64,000 nt of DNA, taken from Alphaproteobacteria bacterium (GTDB taxonomy: Bacteria > Pseudomonadota > Alphaproteobacteria > UBA9219). Location: positions 25,915 to 89,914 of the forward strand of contig JAMFSS010000002.1 in NCBI GenBank assembly GCA_026225415.1, in the 5' to 3' direction. The position numbers and the translations under genes are program-made. Shown in pieces: positions 38,887 to 48,029 of this stretch; position 1 is the first letter of the stretch, and the number at the start of each line of letters is the position of its first letter. The notes under the pieces were generated by a model, which saw nothing but the letters and a program-made list of their open reading frames with translations, ran no database searches and was not told the origin of the DNA.

Positions 38887-38960
38887 GGCGCGGTGGCAGA
38901 ATGGCTATGTAGTGGACTGCAAATCCTCGTATGCCGGTTCGATTCCGGCCCGTGCCTCCA
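38887..38960 (+). tRNA. tRNA-Cys (GCA)
   Basis: GGCGCGG…CUGCAAAUCC…CCGGUUCGAUUCCGG…CCGUGCC-U-CCA is near-identical in layout to E. coli tRNA-Cys. 74 nt, discriminator U, CCA encoded. Confidence 0.85.
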
Positions 38961-39035
38961 TTTACAGGATTGCCTTTAACCGTGATTGCGGCATAGGGTT
39001 ATTATCTCGGATATTCATTTTGAAGGAGGTAATTC

Positions 39036-39311
39036 ATGTTCGGATTTAAGAAGCGAAAAAAAGAAGCCGGATATTTCATCGACTGGATAAATCCCGATGG
39101 CTCTCCGGGCGGCAAGGTTTCAAGCAGAGCCATAGTTGACCCTTCCGTGATTGTCAAACCTCACGCTATCGTCACTCAAGGTGCTGTGATTGGCCCTGAT
39201 AATATAATTGAAAACGGCGAAATCGCTACGGCTGAAGGCTTTGCTATCAATTTTGATAGCAAAAGACCTGGAAATGGCTTTCGCAACCTAAGCCCATCTC
39301 CTAAACTCTAA
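39036..39311 (+). CDS. hypothetical 91-aa protein with a beta-helix-like (hexapeptide/bactofilin-like) repeat; possibly a truncated remnant
   Basis: …VSSRAIVDPSVIVKPHAIVTQGAVIGPDNIIENGEI… The gene sits immediately downstream of tRNA-Cys and is followed by about 375 bp of noncoding DNA. Confidence 0.25.
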   Translation: MFGFKKRKKEAGYFIDWINPDGSPGGKVSSRAIVDPSVIVKPHAIVTQGAVIGPDNIIENGEIATAEGFAINFDSKRPGNGFRNLSPSPKL

Positions 39312-39353
39312 GCAAAAAATAAATTTAAATATCCCACAAAAGTGGGAAATATC

Positions 39354-39382
39354 CATTGACATTTCACCCCGCTCACGCTATA
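39354..39382 (+). promoter_or_regulatory. near-consensus sigma70 promoter (TTGACA-17 nt-TATAAC)
   Basis: ccaTTGACAtttcaccccgctcacgcTATAACaatcc, with an exact -35 and 17-nt spacing. Confidence 0.5.
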
Positions 39383-39388
39383 ACAATC

Positions 39389-39552
39389 CTGCCACTGACA
39401 ATGGCGTTTGTTCGGCTCGCCGGGCCTGTTGGGTTAACACAACGGGATATCGACTGGGGCGCAGGGCAAACAGGTAGGCCACCGCACCCCCGTTCACAAT
39501 GTGAATGGCAACACGGTATGGTATGGGGTTGGAAAGCGCGCTTTTCTTTTTT
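39389..39552 (+). ncRNA. candidate small RNA, or a long 5' leader of the downstream OMP gene
   Basis: A transcript from the promoter above would run through a GC-rich structured region and end near AAAGCGCGCTTTTCTTTTTT. No known RNA family was recognised. Confidence 0.15.
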
Positions 39553-39686
39553 AAAGCATTGGATGAAGGGTTAAACGGAGGATAAAAAATAAAAATAAAC
39601 AAAACATTTCAATAAGATATAATGCGTTCTTCATAAAAAAACGCACCGCGGCTGGCTTTATCTCTAAAAAGGGCTATAATAACCCT

Positions 39687-40292
39687 GTGGATAAAAGGTG
39701 TTTCATGCGTCGCATAGAACCAACGTCACAAATTCGCATATTCCCCCGAATCTTTGGGGTTCTGGCTGTGGCCTGCGCCCTGCTCATGTCGCATGCGGCG
39801 AATGCCGATTATGCGCCTGTTTCCACTTACGCTTTCGAGCAAGCGCTGAATGCCAATTCCAGCTTCAACCTTTACACGCCCCCCAAAGGCGGCGGGTTTA
39901 AACTGGACAGTTCGACCTATTCCGGCACCGGCACAGCGGCACCTTCGCAGTTTGATGACACCAACCAGAAACTCTACGCCCTGCTCATTGATGGCCGTTA
40001 TGATTTTCGGAACGACAAACAACCGCTCACACTGCAACCCTATATCTCTGGCGGCGCGGGTATGGCGACAACCGGCATTTCCGATGGCGGATCATCGGTC
40101 GGCACGCGTGATATGTCGCCCATGTTTCGTGTTGGCGGCGGCGTTGCCTATAATCTGGGGCAACAATGGGATATGTCGTTGGACTACAAAGCGGGCACAG
40201 CGTTGGTGACAGGCGATCAAGTCTTTACCGGACGCAGCCAGCAAGCGGTCGATCTGCAATCGCTCAATCTCGGCATGCATTACGCGTTCTAA
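39687..40292 (+). CDS. outer-membrane beta-barrel protein (OmpA-like TM domain / OmpW-like small porin family)
   Basis: Signal peptide (…ALLMSHAANA). Alternating amphipathic strands, Gly/aromatic-rich, C-terminal …MHYAF. Confidence 0.55.
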   Translation: MDKRCFMRRIEPTSQIRIFPRIFGVLAVACALLMSHAANADYAPVSTYAFEQALNANSSFNLYTPPKGGGFKLDSSTYSGTGTAAPSQFDDTNQKLYALLIDGRYDFRNDKQPLTLQPYISGGAGMATTGISDGGSSVGTRDMSPMFRVGGGVAYNLGQQWDMSLDYKAGTALVTGDQVFTGRSQQAVDLQSLNLGMHYAF

Positions 40293-41056
40293 CGCAACTC
40301 CACAATCACCGGCGTATGATCCGAAGCCTTGTCCTTGCCGCGCGGCGTACGGTCTATCTCGCATGATATGGTGCGGTCTACCGCCTCGGCAGACAATAAA
40401 AAATGATCGATGCGAATACCGTTATCGCGTTGCCATGCGCCCGCCTGATAATCCCAAAAACTGAATGCCTGTTTATCGGGATGCAGAGCGCGAAAAATTT
40501 CCGTGTAACCCAAATTCAAAATATCGCGAAACGCCGCGCGTGTTTGCGGCAAATACAGCGCGTCATTCACCCATTCGGCAGCGTTATGCGCATCGATCGC
40601 ATCGGGAATTACATTGTAATCGCCGCCCAAAACAACCGGCTTTTCATCACGCAACAATTCATCGGCGCGTTTTTTTAACCGCGCCATCCAATTTAATTTG
40701 TATGGATATTTTTCTGTATCGACGGGATTGCCATTCGGCAAATAAATACTGGCGACGCGCGCGCCCTGTATTGTCGCTTCGACATAGCGCGATTGTTCTT
40801 CGGCGCTTGCATCGGGCAAACCTTCGACCACATCTTCGATTTTATGTTTCGATGCAATCGCCACGCCGTTATAGGATTTCTGACCCAACGCATGAACCTG
40901 ATATCCTGCCGATTGAAAATCGGCCAATGGAAACGCCGCAGTCTCGCATTTAATTTCCTGCATCAACAAAACATCGGGCGCGGCTTCAGCCAGCCATTCC
41001 AAAACATTCGGCAAACGGGCGCGAACCGAATTTACATTCCATGTGGCGATGCGCAT
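40289..41056 (-). CDS. xth: exodeoxyribonuclease III
   Basis: MRIATWNVNSVRARL… N-terminus and the EEP-family C-terminal motif (…SDHTPV…). Confidence 0.85.
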   Translation of the reverse strand: MRIATWNVNSVRARLPNVLEWLAEAAPDVLLMQEIKCETAAFPLADFQSAGYQVHALGQKSYNGVAIASKHKIEDVVEGLPDASAEEQSRYVEATIQGARVASIYLPNGNPVDTEKYPYKLNWMARLKKRADELLRDEKPVVLGGDYNVIPDAIDAHNAAEWVNDALYLPQTRAAFRDILNLGYTEIFRALHPDKQAFSFWDYQAGAWQRDNGIRIDHFLLSAEAVDRTISCEIDRTPRGKDKASDHTPVIVELR

Positions 41057-41081
41057 GATCAATCTTTCGGTAAGGGCAAAC

Positions 41082-41384
41082 TTAATTTAAAATGCAGCGA
41101 TACTGTTCAAATGACTTCATCAGAAGACCCAAAATACGATGCTCTGGCGAATAATTATCAAAATCCTGACATTCAACAATGCTAATCAAATCCTTGTTTC
41201 CACCGCGTCTTCTGCAAAGCTCTGACCCGCAAAGGGATGCCGTTGCGGGGTCGGATAACAATGCCTCAATTCCCGAAACATTTTTATGATTAACCAAATT
41301 CCGCATGGCATCATAAATGGATAAAGTCGCCGGTTTTTCTAAAAATTCTTTCGCACCAACATCCGAAAAAGAAACGTCGCCCAT
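41082..41384 (-). CDS. hypothetical protein (100 aa) between erpA and xth
   Basis: ORF only. It lies 3 nt downstream of erpA and is probably co-transcribed. Confidence 0.35.
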   Translation of the reverse strand: MGDVSFSDVGAKEFLEKPATLSIYDAMRNLVNHKNVSGIEALLSDPATASLCGSELCRRRGGNKDLISIVECQDFDNYSPEHRILGLLMKSFEQYRCILN

Positions 41385-41386
41385 TG

Positions 41387-41728
41387 CTATCCCTCACCTT
41401 TAACCGAAAAAGAACTGCCACACCCGCACGATGAAGCCGCATTGGGATTGGTAATGCGAAAACCTGTTTCCATCAGACTTTCGTTGTAATCGACTTCGCT
41501 GCCTTCCAACATACCCAATGAAGTCTGGTCGATCACCAGCTTCGCGCCGTCACGCTCCACCACGACATCTTCGCCCGATTCAACCACATCGGCAAATCCG
41601 AATTTATAGGAATAGCCGGAACAACCGCCACCCAACACTTCCAACCGCACGCCCAGCGCCGCGCCGCCGGATTCGGCGACCACTTTGGCAATGCGTTTCG
41701 CCGCATTTTCGCTTAGGGAGAGGCTCAT
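41387..41728 (-). CDS. erpA: iron-sulfur cluster insertion protein (HesB/IscA/ErpA family)
   Basis: 113 aa, conserved Cys at …GGGCSGYSY… and a C-terminal …SCGCGSSF motif. Confidence 0.8.
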   Translation of the reverse strand: MSLSLSENAAKRIAKVVAESGGAALGVRLEVLGGGCSGYSYKFGFADVVESGEDVVVERDGAKLVIDQTSLGMLEGSEVDYNESLMETGFRITNPNAASSCGCGSSFSVKGEG

Positions 41729-41770
41729 ATTTTATTCCTTTTTTGTGCTTACACATGATAATCTGGGCGC

Positions 41771-42949
41771 ATGACAAGCAATTTTCAAGCCCCAATCCTG
41801 GCTCCCTATGCAACCCTTGCCGCGCACAGCCGGGGTCGGCTTGTGCCCGAAAAACCCAGCGAAAACCGCAGCCCCTATCAACGCGACCGCGACCGAATCA
41901 TCCATTCCGGCGCGTTCCGCAAACTACGTAACAAAACCCAAGTGTTTGTCGAAAGCGAAGGCGATTATTACCGTACGCGCCTGACCCACTCACTGGAAGT
42001 CGCACAGATTGCCCGTTCGATCAGCCGCAGCCTGCATCTCGATGAAGACCTCGCCGAAACCATCGCTTTGTCACATGATCTTGGCCATACCTGTTTTGGC
42101 CATGCGGGCGAAGACGGCTTGGCGGCGGCAATGGAAAATCTGGGCGGCTTCAGCCATAACGAACAAACTTTCCGCATCCTCACCAAACTGGAAAACCGTT
42201 ATGCGCGTTTCGACGGGTTAAATCTGACATGGGAAACATTGGAAGGCATCGTTAAACATAACGGCCCCATCACAGATTTATCCGGCCTCCCTACCCTGCG
42301 CGAATTCAATGCCGCGTGGGATTTGGAATTATCGACTTTTGCGGGGCCCGAAGCGCAGGTCGCGGCCTTGTCCGACGATATGGCATACAACACGCATGAT
42401 ATTGATGACGGCCATCGCGCCGGATTTTTTACGTTGGAAGATTTGCATGATCTGCCTTTGTTCGGAGCATCATTGAAAAAAATCCGCGCATTATATCCGA
42501 ACGCAGCGCGTGAACGATTGATGTATGAAGCAGTGCGCGAAGTTATTGGCCTGATGGTTCTTGACGTTATGCAAACTACGCAACGCAACCTCGACACGCT
42601 CAAACCAAAATCCGCCGAAGATATCCGCCACGCGCCCCAAGCGACCGTCGCCTTCAGTGCCGGGATGAACAATAACATCGACCAGTTGCGCGACTTTCTG
42701 CATGCCCGCATGTATCGCCATGCCCGTATCAATGAAACATGTGCCAAGGCGCGGCAGATTGTCGGCGATTTGTTCCGTTTCTTTTTCACGCAACCAGAAA
42801 AACTGCCCGACACCTGGCGCGATGCTGTCAATGCCTGCGCAACCCAACCCGACAAAGCCCGCATCACGGCGGATTATATCGCAGGCATGACAGACCGTTT
42901 CGCGATCAAGCAACATCACAAAATATTCAACAGCAGCATTAATATTTGA
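41771..42949 (+). CDS. dgt: dGTP triphosphohydrolase-like HD-domain protein
   Basis: HD motif (…HSLEVAQIARSI…HDLGHTCFGHAGE…), 392 aa, with the typical Dgt-like layout. Confidence 0.8.
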   Translation: MTSNFQAPILAPYATLAAHSRGRLVPEKPSENRSPYQRDRDRIIHSGAFRKLRNKTQVFVESEGDYYRTRLTHSLEVAQIARSISRSLHLDEDLAETIALSHDLGHTCFGHAGEDGLAAAMENLGGFSHNEQTFRILTKLENRYARFDGLNLTWETLEGIVKHNGPITDLSGLPTLREFNAAWDLELSTFAGPEAQVAALSDDMAYNTHDIDDGHRAGFFTLEDLHDLPLFGASLKKIRALYPNAARERLMYEAVREVIGLMVLDVMQTTQRNLDTLKPKSAEDIRHAPQATVAFSAGMNNNIDQLRDFLHARMYRHARINETCAKARQIVGDLFRFFFTQPEKLPDTWRDAVNACATQPDKARITADYIAGMTDRFAIKQHHKIFNSSINI

Positions 42950-43063
42950 ATCTAAATAAGTCTTATCTTATCAATAGGTTATATTGAGAAGAGTTTTGCC
43001 TAATTAGTTTCAGCGATTCCTGTTATATTGAAATCATAGATAAAATAATAAGGAAATTTTTTA

Positions 43064-43549
43064 ATGAATAAATTTAAATTCGCCTCACGCGGCCTTTGCC
43101 AAAAAATTGGTATTCCATTATCAGCAATAGCCATGGCGTCTTTGTCTGGTTGTGCGACCACCTATGGCGGTGAAGAAGGATTCAGAAATGCATTAGAAAC
43201 CGCCAACGAAAATATTACGACCTATGCATCTGGGAAAAACCAAGACGCAGAATCCTGCCTTGTTGAGCAAACCGTACTTCTGCTAAGAGCGGCGAGCGAT
43301 CCTTCAGGCATGGAAACATTAATGCAAGTTCGTAGAAATACGAAAGGGCTTGGCTGTGCTGCCAACCCAGATTTTATTCCTGCCATACAAAAAGATTTTG
43401 CGGCAGGAGCCAGAATAAATAATTACTCTACGAACGAATACCTAAATGTAGGCTTTCTGGTAGAGCTGCCTAAAGGCGACAATCAACAGGTTCGTGCTCG
43501 CATTTGCGGCATGCGTTGGCCACGAGAACAAGGCCCGAGCTGCAATTAA
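43064..43549 (+). CDS. hypothetical lipoprotein
   Basis: Lipobox …AMASLSGC. GC is visibly lower than its neighbours. Its stop codon abuts the ppdK stop (43549/43550). Confidence 0.5.
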   Translation: MNKFKFASRGLCQKIGIPLSAIAMASLSGCATTYGGEEGFRNALETANENITTYASGKNQDAESCLVEQTVLLLRAASDPSGMETLMQVRRNTKGLGCAANPDFIPAIQKDFAAGARINNYSTNEYLNVGFLVELPKGDNQQVRARICGMRWPREQGPSCN

Positions 43550-46246
43550 TTAAGCCGCGTTCAACCGAGCCTGAACATCATCATGCCCTTCAATCGCCGC
43601 CTGTGCCGCCGCCAAACGTGCGATGGGCAAACGGTACGGCGAGCAAGAAACATAATCCAACCCTGTACGGTGGAAAAACTTGACCGAGTTCGCATCGCCG
43701 CCATGTTCACCGCAAATGCCCAATTTAATATCTTTACGCGTCTTGCGGCCACGTTCACACGCCAACGCGACCAGCTCGCCCACGCCTTCTTGATCTAACG
43801 ACGCAAAAGGATCCTGTTCAAACACGCCCGCCGCGTAATAATCGGGCAGGAAACTGGCGGCATCATCGCGGCTTAAACCAAAAGTGGTTTGCGTTAAATC
43901 ATTAGTGCCGAAACTGAAAAACTGTGCCGTTTCCGCAATCTCGCTTGCACGCAACGCGGCGCGCGGCAATTCGATCATCGTGCCGACCAGATAATTCAAC
44001 GTAACGCCTGTCGATTTCTGCACTTCGCCCGCAACGCGATCAACAACCGCCTTCAAAACATCCAGTTCTTTTTTGGTCGCAATCAACGGAATCATAATCT
44101 CGGGGATAACCGCTTTGCCTTGTTTCGCCATATCCGCTGCCGCCGCAAACACCGCACGCGCCTGCATTTCATAAATTTCGGGATAGGAAATACCCAAACG
44201 GCAACCGCGATGCCCCAACATGGGGTTCGATTCATGCAATTGCGCGGTGCGTTTTTTAACTTTGTCGACGCTCACGCCCGCACCCGCCGCCACAGCGGCA
44301 ATTTCGTTTTCGGCATGCGGCAGAAATTCATGCAAAGGCGGATCGAGGAAACGAATAGTGACCGGCAAGCCCTCCATAATCGTGAACAGATCAAGGAAAT
44401 CTTTTTTCTGCATCGGTTCCAGTTTCGCCAGTGCCGCGCGGCGTCCCGCCTCATCATCCGCAATAATCATTTCGCGCATCGCGGTAATACGGTCGGTGTC
44501 GAAAAACATATGTTCTGTCCGGCATAAACCAATGCCTTCCGCGCCGAATTTCCGCGCGGTGCGGGCATCCAACGGCGTTTCGGCATTGGCGCGAACTTTC
44601 AATCGGCGCATCGAATCCGCCCAGCCCATCAATGTTTCAAAATCACCCGACAATTCCGGTTGCACCGTTGCAATTTCGCCAATCATAATTTCGCCGGTTG
44701 CCCCATCAATGGTGATGATATCGCCCGCTTTGAGGGTAACGCCCTTGGCGACCATTTGTTGTTTCGCATAATCAATCGAAATGTCGCCCGCGCCCGCCAC
44801 GCAAGAACGCCCCATGCCACGCGCCACAACCGCCGCATGGCTGGTCATGCCGCCACGGCTGGTGACAATACCCTTGGCCGCGTGCATGCCGTGAATATCT
44901 TCGGGGCTGGTTTCTGTGCGGCACAGGATGACTTTCTGGCCTTTGTTTGTTAAATCTTCCGCTTCATCCGCGCTGAACACTACCTTGCCACAGGCGGCAC
45001 CCGGCGATGCGGGCAAACCTTTGGCAAAAATTTGTTTCTTGGCTTTCGGATCTAGCGTCGGATGCAATAGTTGATCGAGCGATTTAGGCTCGATACGTTT
45101 AATCGCTTCTTCTTTACTGATCACGCCTTCCGCCACCATGTCCACGGCGATTTTCAACGCCGCCGCGGCGGTTCGTTTGCCGGTGCGCGTCTGCAACATA
45201 TATAATTTGTTTTGCTGTACCGTAAATTCGATATCCTGCATATCGCGGTAATGTTTTTCCAACTTCAAACGCACATCGTTCAATTGCGCGAATACCGAAG
45301 GCATCACTTCTTCCATCGCGGGCAATGTGGATTTATGTTCCTGTTTGCCCTTTACAGTTAAATGCTGCGGCGTGCGGATTCCGGCCACAACATCTTCGCC
45401 TTGCGCATTGACCAGATATTCACCGTAAAACAAATTTTCACCGGTCGATGGGTTGCGGGTAAAGGCAACGCCGGTACAACAATCATCGCCCCGATTACCA
45501 AACACCATCGCCTGAATATTGACAGCCGTACCCCAATCGGCGGGGATATCGTTCAACCGGCGATATGTCACCGCGCGTTGGTTCATCCAAGAACTGAACA
45601 CGGCACCGGCGGCGCCCCATAATTGTTCATGAACATCTTGTGGAAACGGCTTGCCCAAATGTTTTTGCACTTCGGTCAAATAACTTTCGGCGACTTCTTT
45701 CCAATCTTCGGCTTTCATGTCGATGTCGTTTGTATAACCCTGCGCGCGCTTCACATCATCGATGATGGATTCAAACATGTGGTGTTCAAGTCCCAACACG
45801 ACACAGCTATACATCTGAATAAAGCGACGATAGGAATCATACGCAAAACGGTCATTGCCGCTCTGCGCCTTTAATCCCTCAACCGTTTCCTTGTTCAAAC
45901 CAAGATTCAAAACCGTATCCATCATGCCGGGCATCGAGGCGCGCGCGCCTGAACGAACCGAAACCAGTAACGGATTTTTGACATCGCCAAATTTCGCGCC
46001 GGTAATTTTTTCGACTTCGGCCAACCCTGCCGCCACTTGCGCTTTCAACTCGGCGGGATATTGGTTTCCATGCGCGTAATAATGCGTGCAAACTTCCGTG
46101 GTAACGGTAAAGCCCGGAGGCACCGGCAAACCCAGATTACACATTTCCGCCAGCCCAGCACCCTTGCCGCCCAGCAAATTGCGCATGTCGGATTTACCCT
46201 CCGCCTTGCCATCACCAAAAGCGTAAACCCATTTATGTGCGGTCAT
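43550..46246 (-). CDS. ppdK: pyruvate, phosphate dikinase
   Basis: MTAHKWVYAFGDG…GGKGAGLAEM N-terminus, a phospho-His domain and a PEP-utilising C-terminus. The start is taken at the internal Met, giving 898 aa. Confidence 0.85.
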   Translation of the reverse strand: MTAHKWVYAFGDGKAEGKSDMRNLLGGKGAGLAEMCNLGLPVPPGFTVTTEVCTHYYAHGNQYPAELKAQVAAGLAEVEKITGAKFGDVKNPLLVSVRSGARASMPGMMDTVLNLGLNKETVEGLKAQSGNDRFAYDSYRRFIQMYSCVVLGLEHHMFESIIDDVKRAQGYTNDIDMKAEDWKEVAESYLTEVQKHLGKPFPQDVHEQLWGAAGAVFSSWMNQRAVTYRRLNDIPADWGTAVNIQAMVFGNRGDDCCTGVAFTRNPSTGENLFYGEYLVNAQGEDVVAGIRTPQHLTVKGKQEHKSTLPAMEEVMPSVFAQLNDVRLKLEKHYRDMQDIEFTVQQNKLYMLQTRTGKRTAAAALKIAVDMVAEGVISKEEAIKRIEPKSLDQLLHPTLDPKAKKQIFAKGLPASPGAACGKVVFSADEAEDLTNKGQKVILCRTETSPEDIHGMHAAKGIVTSRGGMTSHAAVVARGMGRSCVAGAGDISIDYAKQQMVAKGVTLKAGDIITIDGATGEIMIGEIATVQPELSGDFETLMGWADSMRRLKVRANAETPLDARTARKFGAEGIGLCRTEHMFFDTDRITAMREMIIADDEAGRRAALAKLEPMQKKDFLDLFTIMEGLPVTIRFLDPPLHEFLPHAENEIAAVAAGAGVSVDKVKKRTAQLHESNPMLGHRGCRLGISYPEIYEMQARAVFAAAADMAKQGKAVIPEIMIPLIATKKELDVLKAVVDRVAGEVQKSTGVTLNYLVGTMIELPRAALRASEIAETAQFFSFGTNDLTQTTFGLSRDDAASFLPDYYAAGVFEQDPFASLDQEGVGELVALACERGRKTRKDIKLGICGEHGGDANSVKFFHRTGLDYVSCSPYRLPIARLAAAQAAIEGHDDVQARLNAA

Positions 46247-46256
46247 GTTCGGCCTC

Positions 46257-47879
46257 TTATGAAAGTTTGGTTGAGAGGTAGGATTTAACCTGATCCAGCG
46301 CGACTTTTTCCTGTTGCGCGGTATCGCGGTTACGGATAGTGACATTTTGCGATGTAAGCGTGTCGCCATCAATCGTGATACAGAAAGGCGTGCCCGCTTC
46401 ATCCATACGGGCATAGCGTTTGCCGATGCTTTGCTTTGCGTCATACTGGCAAGTATGCGTTTTGCGCAAATCCATAAACAGTTTTTCGGCGACTTCCGGC
46501 ATACCGTCTTTATTCACCAACGGGAAAATACCGGCCTTGATCGGCGCCAAACTTGGTTTCAATTTCAACCATTCGGGCGAGGCGCGGCTTTCGTCATATT
46601 GATACGCTTCGCATAACAATGCCAACACGCCGCGCGTTAAACCAGCCGCCGGTTCGATAACATGCGGCAGGTAGCGCGTTTTCGCTTCCTGATCGATATA
46701 TTCAAGATTGGTTTTGCTGAATGTCTGATGTTGTTTCAAATCATAATCGGTGCGGTATGCCACACCTTCCAACTCGCCGAAATTGGGGTCGGTAAAGGGA
46801 TATTTATATTCGATATCCGCAGTCGCCGCCGAATAAAAGGCGCGGTCGCCATCGCCGATTTCATGGCGGAAAATGTTGGCTTTGGACAATCCCATCTCGC
46901 CCCACCAACGCAAACGTTCGGCGACCCAGAATTCATACCATTTCATGCCGTCTTCGGGCGGCACGAAAAATTCCATTTCCATCTGCTCGAACTCGCGCGT
47001 ACGGAAAATGAAATTCCGCGGCGTGACTTCGTTACGGAATGATTTGCCGACTTGCGCAATGCCAAACGGCGGTTTGACGCGTGATGTATCCAACACGTTT
47101 TTATATTGCAGAAAAATACCCTGTGCCGTTTCGGGGCGCAGATAGACTTTGGATTCTTCGTTTTGGAAAACACCAACATAGGAATTGAACATCAGATTGA
47201 ACGAACGCGGCTCAGTCAATGTGCCTGCATTTTTGGCATCGGGTCCGATCACTTTGGCTTGCTCTTCAGCATTTAATGCAGTGAAAGGTCTTTCGATCAA
47301 TATAAAATCGGATTGAATTTTACTTAAAAAATTGTTCGCTAAACCTTCTTCTCTACAATACTTCTCTGAATCATTTCTCGGGTGTCGCTCAAAAGACAAA
47401 TAATATTGACTATCCTTTTTTGTACGTTTGATAAGCCCAGCAACAATTTCATTTAATTGTTCTGGCTCAACATAGCTAAAAAATAATCGCGCCTTTTCTT
47501 CCTTATCTTCATCACGCATAGTAACTTCAAATACATTTATGTGGTCTGCTCTGTATCTTTTTTTGCTTTCCTTGCAATCGACCATCAAATCGGCAAAGCC
47601 CGACAGATGCCCCGACGCTTCCCATGTTTTGGGGTGTTGGATAATCGATGTGTCGATGCCGACGATGGAAACCGGTTGGCCATCGGGGCCAATCGGCGGG
47701 CAATCAACCATGTCGCGCCACCAGGCATCGCGGATGTTGTTTTTAAGCTGGGTTCCCAAAGGCCCGAAATCCCAGAACCCGTTCAACCCGCCATAAATTT
47801 CGGAAGCGGGATACACAAAGCCGCGGCGTTTGCACAACGACACAAGGCGGTTCATAAGCGAAGTTTCGGGTTGGGGCAT
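46257..47879 (-). CDS. glyS: glycine--tRNA ligase, dimeric alpha2 type
   Basis: N-terminal …RGFVYPASEIYGGLNGFWDFGPLGTQLKNNIRDAWW… matches alpha2-type (Thermus/archaeal/eukaryote-like) GlyRS rather than GlyQ/GlyS. 540 aa with an insertion domain after motif 1. Confidence 0.75.
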   Translation of the reverse strand: MPQPETSLMNRLVSLCKRRGFVYPASEIYGGLNGFWDFGPLGTQLKNNIRDAWWRDMVDCPPIGPDGQPVSIVGIDTSIIQHPKTWEASGHLSGFADLMVDCKESKKRYRADHINVFEVTMRDEDKEEKARLFFSYVEPEQLNEIVAGLIKRTKKDSQYYLSFERHPRNDSEKYCREEGLANNFLSKIQSDFILIERPFTALNAEEQAKVIGPDAKNAGTLTEPRSFNLMFNSYVGVFQNEESKVYLRPETAQGIFLQYKNVLDTSRVKPPFGIAQVGKSFRNEVTPRNFIFRTREFEQMEMEFFVPPEDGMKWYEFWVAERLRWWGEMGLSKANIFRHEIGDGDRAFYSAATADIEYKYPFTDPNFGELEGVAYRTDYDLKQHQTFSKTNLEYIDQEAKTRYLPHVIEPAAGLTRGVLALLCEAYQYDESRASPEWLKLKPSLAPIKAGIFPLVNKDGMPEVAEKLFMDLRKTHTCQYDAKQSIGKRYARMDEAGTPFCITIDGDTLTSQNVTIRNRDTAQQEKVALDQVKSYLSTKLS

Positions 47880-47986
47880 AAGAAACTAACCAGACGTAAA
47901 AGTTTGATGATTCAAGCACTTCTCGCCCCCTTTTAGCATATCGCCGCGCATTTCAAAGCGGGAAATAATGCCCCTTTTTTGGCATT

Positions 47987-48013
47987 AAAAAACCCCGCCG
48001 AAGCGGGGTTTTT
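47987..48013. terminator. bidirectional intrinsic terminator
   Basis: AAAAAA-CCCCGC-CGAA-GCGGGG-TTTTT. Confidence 0.6.
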
Positions 48014-48029
48014 GAAGCGTGTTTGCGTA

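Noticed and set aside
39356-39574. 72-aa ORF downstream of tRNA-Cys
   Set aside because: It begins inside the -35/-10 promoter hexamers and has no RBS. It is more likely noncoding leader or sRNA sequence.
47290-47540. AT-rich segment inside glyRS as an intein or mobile insertion
   Set aside because: The encoded peptide lacks intein boundary residues (Cys/Ser…His-Asn). It also aligns with the native insertion domain of alpha2 GlyRS.
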